DNA of 64,000 nucleotides from an uncultured candidatus Porisulfidus sp. (GCA_965215125.1 OZ244052.1:640001-704000); one strand, 5' to 3'; numbered from the stretch's first letter, positions 22,439-31,872 are shown. Notes: a model not told the origin generated them from the letters alone. A program made the numbers and translations.

Positions 22439-23365
22439 CTAGCCGTCTAATAACTTCCTTCTCTGTCTGACCAGTGCGATTCCCGTACCCGACAGACATA
22501 TCGTAACAGCAACACCTAAAGTTGCCACACCTATTATAAGATAATTTAAGCCCGCCAGATTCCCTCCGTAATAAAGCGTAATCAGTTCTTGTAGTTTTGT
22601 ATGCACCAAAGTACATACGATAGCGATGACAAGCGTGGCTCCGAAACCACCCAATAAGCCGTAAGCCCAAGCCGTATAAAGAAAAGGACGTCTGATAAAC
22701 ATTGCGGTTGCCCCCAATAACCTGAGAATCTTTATTTCATCTAAGCGTCTCGTTATTTCCGTTAACATCAGCGTAGAAATCATCAATATTGCGGCACTCG
22801 CAAACAAAATTGCCAATAACCAAACGGAAGTGCCGATAAAAGCAACCAGCGCATCCATACGCTTGAGCCAGACAACGTTCGTTTCTACTCTTTCTATATA
22901 TCTTTGTTGTTCAAGATTAAAAAGTAGTGTGTCCAGAGCGATGCCACGGCTATGTTCTAATTTCGCCGATATTTCGATAACCGCAGGAAAAGGATTTTCA
23001 TCGAATAACACCAAACTCTGTTCCATCCCGTATTGGTTTTTGAAATAATCCAACGACTCCTCGGCACTGATGAGCTTCACCTGTGCGACGCTCTCCATTA
23101 CCGATATTTGATTAGTCAATTCCGCTATAGTCGCATCCGAAGTACGCGGCGCAATATACGCCGATACGGAAGCAGGACGCTCTAAATCCGAGACGATCCC
23201 CTGAGTATTCTGTAATATCACCAACAAGATCCCCGGCAACGACAACGCAATAGTAATCAACGCAACCGATAGCGCGGTTAGCAAAGGACTTGCTTTTAAG
23301 TTTTGCACCGTCTGATGCAATGCCAAGCGGTGGCTTTCCAAATAATGACGAATAGCTAATAACAT
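22439..23365 (-). CDS. ftsX: Cell division permease-like protein FtsX (divergent)
   Basis: ITIALSLPG, ENPFPAVI, WLKRM, RLDEIKILRLLGATAMFIRRPFLY; 4-TM layout. Confidence 0.88.
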   Translation of the reverse strand: MLLAIRHYLESHRLALHQTVQNLKASPLLTALSVALITIALSLPGILLVILQNTQGIVSDLERPASVSAYIAPRTSDATIAELTNQISVMESVAQVKLISAEESLDYFKNQYGMEQSLVLFDENPFPAVIEISAKLEHSRGIALDTLLFNLEQQRYIERVETNVVWLKRMDALVAFIGTSVWLLAILFASAAILMISTLMLTEITRRLDEIKILRLLGATAMFIRRPFLYTAWAYGLLGGFGATLVIAIVCTLVHTKLQELITLYYGGNLAGLNYLIIGVATLGVAVTICLSGTGIALVRQRRKLLDG

Positions 23366-23452
23366 GGCAACCGTATATTTTGTACCCTTTTATATTAGCA
23401 TTAGACGATTGCGCTACTCAAATAACTACTTTCCCGAGAACTCTACTGCAAC

Positions 23453-23479
23453 AAACGCCGGCAAAAGCCGGCTGTTTTT
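23453..23479. terminator. Probable intrinsic terminator hairpin
   Basis: AAAC-GCCGGC-AAAA-GCCGGC-TGTTTTT; lies downstream of the minus-strand gene ending at 23546. Confidence 0.55.
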
Positions 23480-23545
23480 ATTTTATAAAACCAAGTAAGT
23501 AATCCGACCCCGGGAATTGAGGAGTATGTTCCTTTGAAATAAAAA

Positions 23546-23767
23546 CTAAGAAAACAATTTTATCAGTATAGCGACATTCATAACGAAGATTAGACCCAGC
23601 ACCCACCGCATATACTTAAGCTCCGTCTCTATCTTTGCCACTTCTGCCTTTAACTCTGCCTTTGTTGCCAAATCACCGGTGTTTGCTATATCGGCAACGG
23701 CTCGTTCGGCTTCATCCGGCTCCACACCTAATTTAGTTAGTGTGTTATATAAGGCTATTTCTGACAT
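23546..23767 (-). CDS. Small coiled-coil, tail-anchored membrane protein (DUF1640/CCDC90-like)
   Basis: LYNTLTKLGVEPDEAE...DLATKAEL...LKYMRWVLGLIFVMNVAILIKLFS: LATKxDL-type neck, coiled coil and C-terminal TM. Confidence 0.65.
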   Translation of the reverse strand: MSEIALYNTLTKLGVEPDEAERAVADIANTGDLATKAELKAEVAKIETELKYMRWVLGLIFVMNVAILIKLFS

Positions 23768-23880
23768 CTCTGTTTACTCTCGGTTAAAAGTTTAATTTTA
23801 CGCTATCTTAACATAGAGCTAGTGAAAAGAACATCACCGTTTGTTTCAGTTGCAAAGATGTCAGCCTATTTTTAGGGTTA

Positions 23881-23906
23881 CTTGCAGGAGGGCTAATATG
23901 CCCTCT
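23881..23906 (+). repeat. REP-like palindrome, family 2 (GTAG-type, degenerate)
   Basis: CTTGCAG-GAGGGC-TAATAT-GCCCTC; related to the reverse complement of 31772-31803 (CTTGTAGGGGAGGGCTAACATTTCCTC). Confidence 0.6.
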
Positions 23907-25076
23907 CGAAAGGTGGTGTGTCTGCATAAGCGGAGGGACTTTGTCCTGAACCTCAACCATTAAATAACGCATACATCACAAAATACAATATCCGCTTGCG
24001 GTACCCGGATTACCTCTATAAAATCCGAAAGGAAACAAACAGCAAAAATAATCAACCGGCATTTGCCGCCTTCATCTCTTTTTGCAACCAGTTAATTGCG
24101 GTTTGTTCGTCTTGCTCAATTGCCATCTCCACCGCTCGCTTGGCACATTCCAGCAAATGCTTTGACTGCTTGCGCAGTTTGGAGGACTCGGTAATTTTTT
24201 CCCGTATCCGAGTTTGTTTCTTTTCCGGTAAAAGAGGAATCACCGTTTCTTTCACTTGATCGGGTCGCCAATGAAAAATAACCGAACCACCTACATCACG
24301 TTCCACTTGCCCTTTTGTCAAAATTGAATTTAGAACCAGTGTTAGATACTCGTTATTGATTTTGTTAGATTTCCTTTCTAGGCGGAGTATTCCGCTAGAC
24401 GGAATCATCTTCTGTGGTGTTTCATTTAAGTAATAGGCAATTCCCGGTGTGGCATCTTTGCTGAATAAAATCTCTCCTCTCTTTGGCTGATGCTGTTTTA
24501 TTTGCCGATATAGCTTTTCAGAAATATATTTTTCCTCGCTAATTTCAAACGGGCTTAAATTACTTACGCGAATAAACGGGATACCTTCGTCTATATACTC
24601 ACGACTTCCAACCTCTACACATTTTTTTATATTGACCAAATTCCCCAGCGTATCCCAGCCGCCGGAATATTTTTGTATAGCTTTGACGATCTCCTCATAT
24701 TTCGGCTGGTAGTATTCTGCATCCATACGCCCCGCTGTTTCCGTATCGGAGTAGTTCTTGATAAAGCTTAGTTGATGATTGGGTTGCCAATTAGATAGAC
24801 CAAGTTCGGAAAGGAGTAGATATTCAGCCTGTCTGAATAAGCCTTCTGATTTTTTTATTTTTTCCAATAGATAATGATAGGCCTCTTCAATTTTATTTTG
24901 AAAATTATTGCTTAGTAAGGGTATTGGTATTTCATATAGTTCAGATTTGCTAATAAACGGTGTTGCAATATTTGAAGTTAGACGGTCTTTTAATTTTTGA
25001 CCAAAGTTGCAAGATAAATAAACTACTAAAAAGTATTTGTTTACATTACTGTTTATAGTGAATTTATATAGTGTTC

Positions 25077-26392
25077 GAGCCTGTTAACTATTTTGTGTAA
25101 CTTCGTTTTCCTCAATATCAAATCTACCTTCGTATTCAATAGCTAATCGGTTCATCGCCGGTATCCAATTTCGTATCGGCAGCGTCCAGCGAGCAGAGGC
25201 TTTTTTGATTGCCAAATAAACTACTTTCAATGCCGATTGGTCGCTCGGGAATATCTTCCGGTTGCGGATGGATTTTCTAATCACGCTATTGAGACTTTCT
25301 ATCGCATTCGTTGTATAGATAATTTTTCTAATCTCCGGCGGGTAATCAAATAACGTAATCAGGTTGTCCCAGTTATTGCGCCACGACCGCTCAACACTCG
25401 GATATTTTGCCGACCAGCAATCGGCAAACTCATCTAACGCCTGCTCGGCAGCCTGCGCCGTAGGACTATTGTATATCTTCTTTAACGCTGCCGAGACTGC
25501 TTTCTTATCTTTAGTCGCAACATAGCGTAGCGAGTTTCTCATCATGTGGACTAGACACAGTTGTATTTTTGCCTGCGGATAGACGCTGGCAATCGCCTCT
25601 GCGAAACCCTTCAGACCATCTATGCAACAGATCAAGATATCTTTCACACCCCGATTTTGTAGCTCGGTTAATATCGCTAACCAGAACTTAGCACTTTCGG
25701 TCTCGGCAATCCACAACCCGAGTAATTCCTTGCGTCCACTGCGCTTTATGCCCAGTGCAACATAGATCGACTTGTTAATGATACGGCCTTGCTCTCGCAC
25801 TTTGACGACGATGCAATCCAGATACATCACCACATAGAGGCACTCTAACACTCGGCTCTGCCAAGTCCGCACCTCGTCTATCACCGCATCGGTGACATTC
25901 GAGATAACCGCAGTAGAAATCTCCGCACCATGATACAACTCTTTAATCGACTCTTGTATCTGTCGCACCGTCATCCCTTGCGCATAGAGTGCCAATATCG
26001 TATCCTCAAATCCGTCTAAACGGGTTTTCCCTTTCGGCACAATCATCGGTTCAAACGACGCCTCCCGATCTCGCGGTGTCTGTATCGTTATATCCCCATA
26101 ATTGGTCTTTAAGGTCTTGGCACTATGCCCGTTGCGGGTATTCTTTCTACGCTTGGATGCTTTGTCGTTTTTCTCATAGCCGAGATGGTCGTCCAGCTCC
26201 GCATTGAGTATGCCTTCCATCATTGACTTAATCAACTGACCGATGATATCGGTCATCTCTTGTTGGGTCTTTACATGACGGGATAATTCTTTCCCGATGC
26301 TTTTTATATCTTTCATAAGTTCTCCTTTATTAGTTTGGTGTTGCCACCTAGTTTATCTTAATTAGAACTTACACAATTTAAATTACAGTCTC
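25077..26392 (-). mobile_element. IS256-family insertion sequence, 1316 bp
   Basis: Imperfect terminal IRs GAGCCTGTTAACTATTTTGTGTAA / GAGACTGTAATTTAAATTGTGTAA; exact 8-bp target duplication TAGTGTTC at 25069-25076 and 26393-26400. Confidence 0.96.
25084..26316 (-). CDS. IS256-family (mutator-type) DDE transposase, apparently intact
   Basis: AELDDHLGY, RNG, PRDREASFEP, YLDCIVVKVR, CIDGLKGF, QLCLVH, IYTTNAIESLN. Confidence 0.97.
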   Translation of the reverse strand: MKDIKSIGKELSRHVKTQQEMTDIIGQLIKSMMEGILNAELDDHLGYEKNDKASKRRKNTRNGHSAKTLKTNYGDITIQTPRDREASFEPMIVPKGKTRLDGFEDTILALYAQGMTVRQIQESIKELYHGAEISTAVISNVTDAVIDEVRTWQSRVLECLYVVMYLDCIVVKVREQGRIINKSIYVALGIKRSGRKELLGLWIAETESAKFWLAILTELQNRGVKDILICCIDGLKGFAEAIASVYPQAKIQLCLVHMMRNSLRYVATKDKKAVSAALKKIYNSPTAQAAEQALDEFADCWSAKYPSVERSWRNNWDNLITLFDYPPEIRKIIYTTNAIESLNSVIRKSIRNRKIFPSDQSALKVVYLAIKKASARWTLPIRNWIPAMNRLAIEYEGRFDIEENEVTQNS

Positions 26393-26805
26393 TAGTGTTC
26401 CGGATATCAATACCTTTTCAGGAAAATTATCAGGAATTATTGCAACTTTTTGAATATTGCCTTTTACTTCTAATAGTATCTCACCTTTTATGACCCTTCC
26501 TTTTTCATAGCTTAACCAATCGGCATTTGAAACATATCCAGATTTTTCGATATTAATCATTGGTGACTCTATATCGGCTGCTTGTAAAAACCTTGGAGAA
26601 TTATCTGCAATCTCGTGTTTAGGTAATATTTTGGTATTTTCATAAACAACCCTGCAACCATCTTTTATTAAGTCCCCTAATCTAAGTGAGCTTGATGATA
26701 TTTTATTTGATAGTTTAATCATATCAGGATGCCAATACTCTGCATCCATTCGTGAATTTAGCTGATTCCTAATATCACTAAGTTGGACAATAGACACTTG
26801 CATTC

Positions 26806-28914
26806 TCAGTCTCCCACCCAAAACGATAAATTCTCACTTTTAGCCCATTCAATAAATGCCTCGGCGATACCATCGGGTAATTCTCTATCCTGATTGTGCA
26901 GGTCATGGTCAACAATGAGGTGTCCGTTCTTATCCAGTTTGTATTGTCCATTATCGTTTTTGACATAGATATATTCGCCGGAATTATCCTTGCCGCCTTT
27001 CTCGGAAACAGCAAAAAAGATGGGGTAGTCGTTGACTTTCGGGCAGAGTTCGTCATCCCACTTCTGCACAAATAACACACTGGTTTTGGTACCTGTATGA
27101 GGTTTGAAGGTATTGCCGTGCAAACCAATTACGGCAAGGATACGACCACGATAAGAGATAAATTCTCGAATATATTTATCGGAGGTGTTATTGAATCGGC
27201 CTTGCGGCAAAACAATTGCCATACGTCCGCCCGGCTTCAAGAAATCAAGGTTTCTTTCTATAAACAGAATATCTCGACCGACTTTGGTTTGCGCCTTACC
27301 GCTAGCCTTAAAACCTAGTTCATATTGATGTAGAATACGGCTTTCCTTGATGTCGCCGGCAAAAGGTGGATTAGCCATCAAAATATCAAATTTGAAGCAT
27401 TTATTTTCGTTTTTATCAGTTCTCAGTTTTTCCAGCCTACTAAAGCCTTTACCGTAAGTGCCAATCCACTGTCTATCTTTGTCGGTTTTATCTCCCCAGC
27501 GTTCATAGTCCAATGTGTTGAGATGTAAAACATTGCTTTCCCCATCTCCGGCAATTAAGTTTAGAGTACGAGCGACGCGTACGGTTTTTTCGTCAAAGTC
27601 AATGCCAAAGACTTTTTTTACATGTTGTTTATCATCTTTCGATATCTCTGCATTGGTAAACAAATGACCGGTGAGCTTAAAAATGGTGTGTACCGGAAAA
27701 CCACAGCTCCCGGAAGCGGTATCAATCATATACTCATCTCGTTTAGGGTTGAGCATTTGCACACACATATCAATTACATGCCGAGGTGTAAAATACTGAC
27801 CTTTTTCGCTCTTAGCCGATTTGTTGACTAGATATTCAAAGGCTTCATCTATTACCAGTAAATTGGAATTGAACAGTTTCACATCCTGCAAGCTAGAGAC
27901 ACAGATAGAGAGGTGGCTATCGGATAAATCAAAAGTTGAGCCTTCCGGAAATACCCCCTTCCATTGACCTTTAGCCTGATCAAACAGCTGTTGAATCTTT
28001 CTCTTTAGTTCGGTGTCGGTCTGACCGGTATTTCTAAACTCCATAAGCCGAAAATCATCGTCATTAACACTTTTAACTGCTTCTTTAAGGGCAACATAGT
28101 CTTGCCCACCTAGATAACTAGGGGCATTGCTATATCCTGTTTTTTGTTCATGCACTTCCGTTTTTATAACTTGCCGTATAAGATAATTGATTACACCCTT
28201 GTCATCTTTGCTCAAATATTCATCATAAAGTTTAGTAAAAATGAGCTTAAAAACCTCTTCGAAAACATCTACTCCTGCATTAGCCAAAACCTCATCTTCC
28301 ATTTCTAGAATGATATCTTTCAATGATTTTCGCTCGTTAGCAATTTTGTCCTTGATAATCAAGTCTTTCAGCGTAAAACGCTCACTCAGAATATCCTCAA
28401 GGCTTTGTTGAACCTTCGGTATATCGGTGATGTCTTCAAAATAATTCGGGTCTTTGCGGTGATAATGAGAAATCTGTTCACCGTTTGTCCATACGCCGAT
28501 GGGAGCACCGGTAGCATTACAGTACGAACGAAGTTGTTCCTTACCATCCTTGAGCTTGGGTTTTTTCAGTTCAATAATGATGTACTCTGTATCAGTGCGG
28601 TCTTTGTCTAAGATGACAATATCGGCACTTTTCTTTTCCCGCCCAAAAGTAACCAAGTGCTCAAAAGCCAATCGCTTTTTCTCATAGCCGTATTGGTTGA
28701 TAAGCCGTGTGGCATAAAGCTGGCGGACAATTTCTTCGGGTTTTAACTGGATTTCTTTTCCACGGATGACACAATTTATATAAAGGCTTTCTTTGCCTGC
28801 TATTGTCTTTGTAAAGATCTTTTTTTGTAGTGCTTCAATCTCTTCTGGCTTAAACAAGTCTAGACGATATTTGCTGTCTTTTAGTACTGTCTGAATGATA
28901 TTCGATTTCGTCAT
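26806..28914 (-). CDS. Fused restriction endonuclease / N6-adenine DNA methyltransferase (Type IIB/IIG-like, HsdR_N-type nuclease plus MTase)
   Basis: N-terminal KPEEIVRQ...ADIVILD...IIELKKP...QLRSY (PD-(D/E)xK-like), then GQYFTP, DTASGSCGF (SAM motif I) and NPPF (motif IV). Start ATG 28914 has GGAG upstream; S gene directly downstream. Confidence 0.88.
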   Translation of the reverse strand: MTKSNIIQTVLKDSKYRLDLFKPEEIEALQKKIFTKTIAGKESLYINCVIRGKEIQLKPEEIVRQLYATRLINQYGYEKKRLAFEHLVTFGREKKSADIVILDKDRTDTEYIIIELKKPKLKDGKEQLRSYCNATGAPIGVWTNGEQISHYHRKDPNYFEDITDIPKVQQSLEDILSERFTLKDLIIKDKIANERKSLKDIILEMEDEVLANAGVDVFEEVFKLIFTKLYDEYLSKDDKGVINYLIRQVIKTEVHEQKTGYSNAPSYLGGQDYVALKEAVKSVNDDDFRLMEFRNTGQTDTELKRKIQQLFDQAKGQWKGVFPEGSTFDLSDSHLSICVSSLQDVKLFNSNLLVIDEAFEYLVNKSAKSEKGQYFTPRHVIDMCVQMLNPKRDEYMIDTASGSCGFPVHTIFKLTGHLFTNAEISKDDKQHVKKVFGIDFDEKTVRVARTLNLIAGDGESNVLHLNTLDYERWGDKTDKDRQWIGTYGKGFSRLEKLRTDKNENKCFKFDILMANPPFAGDIKESRILHQYELGFKASGKAQTKVGRDILFIERNLDFLKPGGRMAIVLPQGRFNNTSDKYIREFISYRGRILAVIGLHGNTFKPHTGTKTSVLFVQKWDDELCPKVNDYPIFFAVSEKGGKDNSGEYIYVKNDNGQYKLDKNGHLIVDHDLHNQDRELPDGIAEAFIEWAKSENLSFWVGD

Positions 28915-29020
28915 TTTTTCTCCGTTTGGTTTTTTTATATAGTTAATGGTGGCATCTGATATTACCGCACATATTATAGGGTAATTTAAGTCTGCTGGTT
29001 GCGCTCTATAGTACAGCAAA

Positions 29021-29035
29021 AATGTCCTCCCCTAC
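29021..29035 (-). repeat. REP-like family 2 remnant overlapping the ATPase stop codon
   Basis: Minus strand GTAGGGGAGGACATT; the TAG stop at 29034-29032 is within the GTAG tag. Confidence 0.5.
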
Positions 29036-30206
29036 GGTTGGTTGAAAATGTTTTTTATGCCGTCTTGCCAATGAATAATTTCTATACCGTCTACTTTTCT
29101 GGCTCGTTTTTCCAAGCAAAGCACATATTCCTTTTTAGAGTTTATGGCTGCTCTCACCGATTTAAGACTTTTAAGGTCATGGCTTAAAACTTTGTTTTTT
29201 GATTTGATCTCAACGAGTATAACTTCTTTCCCTCTTTCAAGAATAAGGTCGATCTCCACACCGTCTTTAGAGCGGAAATAAGAAAACCTGTATCCGCTTT
29301 CGGAATACTCGTTAATCCTATATGCTTCGGAAATAACCAAATGTTCAAAAGCATTACCGAGAGCATAGTTTGAAGGTGTTATGGTTTCGGTGAGCAACCC
29401 CGACAAGGCTCTAGCTACGCCTATATCAAAGAGGTAAAACTTGGGGCTTTTGATTTGCCTTTTTCTAATCGATTTTGCGTAAGGGTATAGGTGAAAGCCT
29501 AAAAAGGTATCTTCCAATATCTCAAAGTACCGTTGGCAACTTTTATAATCGATGCCGGCTTCCGTGGCAATTCTGGAGTAATTAAGAATCATCCCGTTGC
29601 ATTGACCTGCCACATCCAGAAAAAATCTAAATGGTGGGATATTTCTGATAATCTGTTCATAAATAATCTCTTCTTTCAAATAAACCTGCACATAAGAATT
29701 TAAGTAGCGATTTTTTCCTTTTTATCTTTTAGATTGAAAATCTCGGGCAGACTTCCTCTTTGTAGCACTTCATGGAGGTCGAACTTTTCACCTAATTCTA
29801 AAAAGGTTAAAGGATAGAGCTTGTATAGAAAAGCTCGTCCGGCAAGCAGATTGGCTCCACCCGATTTTAGTTTTCTGGCACTCGACCCGGTCAAAGCGAA
29901 ATTCAACTTCTTTTTTATTATAAGACGATGGACTACATCCAATAGTTTGGGAACCTTTTGGATTTCGTCAATCACTACAAAACGAGGCTTTTCTTTCAGG
30001 GCTTCAATCTCTTGTTCTAAAGCAGAGGGATTAAGGGATAATGTACGTTCTTTCTCCGGTTCAAGCAGGTCAATCCACAGAAGGCTATGTTTGCCTCTAA
30101 AACTTCTGCTCCAGAAACTTTCCAGATAGCTCGACTTCCCCGTAGCCCTTGCCCCGAAAAGAAAAAAACTTTTATTTTTTGAACATTTAAGCAATCTTGG
30201 GAACAT
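29032..30206 (-). pseudogene. AAA+ ATPase with DUF4143 C-terminal domain, split by a frameshift
   Basis: ORF 30206-29700 has GARATGKS (Walker A), VIDEIQK (Walker B) and LTGSSARKL...LLAGRA; ORF 29691-29032 has KFYLFDIG, FEH, EIDLI..VEIKS. Adding 1 nt near the T6 run at 29711-29716 joins them (…EKxRYLNSYVQVYLKEEI). Confidence 0.85.
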
Positions 30207-30417
30207 ATATCTAAAATGTCCGACAAAATAGATATAAAGTCAATAAAACCACCGATTACCTTATCGGCTTGAGTGGTTGGGTATGTGCAAGGATAGTACT
30301 CTAGAAGAGCAGGTATATTAAACCTCGGCTTATTTGATATAAGATAAACGCAAATAGATACAGTGCTTAAGAAATTGCAGGTGGCACGCTAAAAAGGGAG
30401 TTAGGCATTAAAACCTG

Positions 30418-30573
30418 TTACCTTGATGTCTTAAGTTTTTCTCTCCATCTTTGTATAAGCGATTTAGCTCTCTTAGGGGTAGCCTCCTCTCCGAAAGATG
30501 GAATAACATCTTCACGGACTTTTTTAGGCGGAGGAGGTGCCGGAACCCGATTTGTTAATGTCTTTGCTGGCAT
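30418..30573 (-). CDS. Small Pro-rich hypothetical protein (51 aa)
   Basis: Read by hand, below the ORF-track cutoff: MPAKTLTNRVPAPPPPKKVREDVIPSFGEEATPKRAKSLIQRWREKLKTSR; starts 25 nt after the upstream membrane gene. Confidence 0.35.
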   Translation of the reverse strand: MPAKTLTNRVPAPPPPKKVREDVIPSFGEEATPKRAKSLIQRWREKLKTSR

Positions 30574-30598
30574 GATGATTTTTTAACTGGTTGGAAAT

Positions 30599-31150
30599 CT
30601 ACGATTTTTCAAAAATAATTAAAAATAAATAGAATAAGGTAATGACTATTGAGTAAGATGGCAATACTTCAATAAACCTAACAATATAAGCGTTTCTCGC
30701 TAGATTAATGTTGTGATTATAATCTGCATATTTCATAAACTGTTGGGTAAGGTCTTTCTCAAAAATTTCTCTCACCGTTAATTCCAACTCCTGTTTATTC
30801 CGATACTTATCTAAATCTTTTTTATAATACTCGGTCAGTCTATCATAATATTCATCAAAACCTTTTAATGAAACTTCATAATATATCCATTTGGTTAATA
30901 CCTTATAAATGCAATACAACAGATATACAAGAATAGATGAACTAATAATCATGAATGCACTCGGTATACTAATTATCATGGACTGTTCCCACGCGAAGGC
31001 AACAGCTTTGCCGATTAAGAAAAAATTTATCGGCACCATAAATGTTAAAATCGCTATTGGTAATTTTAGTCTTACGTAAATTTGCTCCCGTTTCTCTAGT
31101 TCGTAAAAATAAACCTTTTCGTAAAACTTTCTCTTTTCTGTTCTATCCAT
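30599..31150 (-). CDS. Hypothetical 3-TM membrane protein, AT-rich
   Basis: N-terminal charged helix, two adjacent TM helices, soluble region, C-terminal TM. Confidence 0.7.
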   Translation of the reverse strand: MDRTEKRKFYEKVYFYELEKREQIYVRLKLPIAILTFMVPINFFLIGKAVAFAWEQSMIISIPSAFMIISSSILVYLLYCIYKVLTKWIYYEVSLKGFDEYYDRLTEYYKKDLDKYRNKQELELTVREIFEKDLTQQFMKYADYNHNINLARNAYIVRFIEVLPSYSIVITLFYLFLIIFEKS

Positions 31151-31234
31151 TTTAAGGGTATCCGTTTTGTTTTGACTATAGTCTGACGAGGTGGTTTGCG
31201 ACGGGTTGAAATGTAATATCGTTTGCCGTTTAAT

Positions 31235-31462
31235 TCACTTCGCCACCGTCAACATCACGCTTTCTAAAAACAAGCCAATGATTAAAGTCATTGCGGCGAT
31301 GCTCTCGGTAAATAATGCAACTCCCCGTTTATTAATGTCTAAGCGAAGTTTCAATTGAGCTGCCTTTATTTCCACTATCCCGAATGCTACCTTAGCCTTA
31401 AACTCTGTTTCAGACTTTATTTCAACTATCACTGCGTATAGTCCTTCACTCGTTATATTCAT
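31235..31462 (-). CDS. Small hypothetical protein with C-terminal TM
   Basis: AGGAGA upstream of MNITSEGLY; hydrophobic C-terminus; same layout as 23546-23767. Confidence 0.45.
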   Translation of the reverse strand: MNITSEGLYAVIVEIKSETEFKAKVAFGIVEIKAAQLKLRLDINKRGVALFTESIAAMTLIIGLFLESVMLTVAK

Positions 31463-31624
31463 CTCTTTTCTCCTGTTAGTAGATTGCAAATAAACAGCTT
31501 GCTAGAACGAAATGCTGCTTAGAGGAAACAGTATATCCCAGCACTTATTGGACACGACTCGGCAATCCGACGAACGGTAATAGATACTAGATAAGCGGTT
31601 AAAGTTGGCAGGTACAACACGCTC

Positions 31625-31715
31625 TAGAGGGCATATTGAATTGCCGATTATCGCTGCGTGAAGCCACTGATTGAGCCAGTAGGTCAATCGGCGATTCAAT
31701 AACCCTCCCCTACAA
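31625..31715. repeat. Composite repeat: family 1 hairpin inside a family 2 REP
   Basis: GAGGGCAT-[ATTGAATTGCCGATT...CTGATTGAGCCAGTAGGTC-AATCGGCGATTCAAT]-AACCCTCCCCTACAA; 15-bp inverted repeat with one mismatch (31635-31649 / 31686-31700). Confidence 0.8.
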
Positions 31716-31771
31716 TCGCTTGTATAATTATGTGGTGCGTGGGGATTGGGCTTGTGCAAATACTCTGCATT

Positions 31772-31803
31772 GCAGGAGGAAATGTTAGCCCTCCCCTACA
31801 AGC
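31772..31803 (-). repeat. REP-like family 2 copy
   Basis: Minus strand CTTGTAGGGGAGGGCTAACATTTCCTCCTGC; shares CCCTCCCCTACAA with 31703-31715. Confidence 0.65.
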
Positions 31804-31872
31804 CGAAACTCGGCTATAATGGCGTTTTTTATCTACGATTATGAACTCACTAAAACCAAGGGGATATCTTTG

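Larger units (their letters stand above)
24052..26803 (-). pseudogene. Restriction-modification specificity (S) subunit with two TRDs, interrupted by IS256
   Basis: 5' part 26803-26393 (MQVSIV...RMDAEYWHP...LISGTL) joins in frame to 25068-24052 (YKFTINSNVNKYFLVVYLS...RMDAEYYQP...) once the IS and one target copy are removed, giving 475 aa. Confidence 0.88.

Noticed and set aside
30230-30420. Possible integron attC site (GCCTAAC on the minus strand after the small ORF)
   Set aside because: No matching GTTRRRY end or paired L boxes at a suitable distance, and no integron integrase in the window.
31566-31579. 14-bp sequence TCCGACGAACGGTA also found at ~51476-51489
   Set aside because: A single 14-mer match is expected by chance in 64 kb; the flanks do not align.
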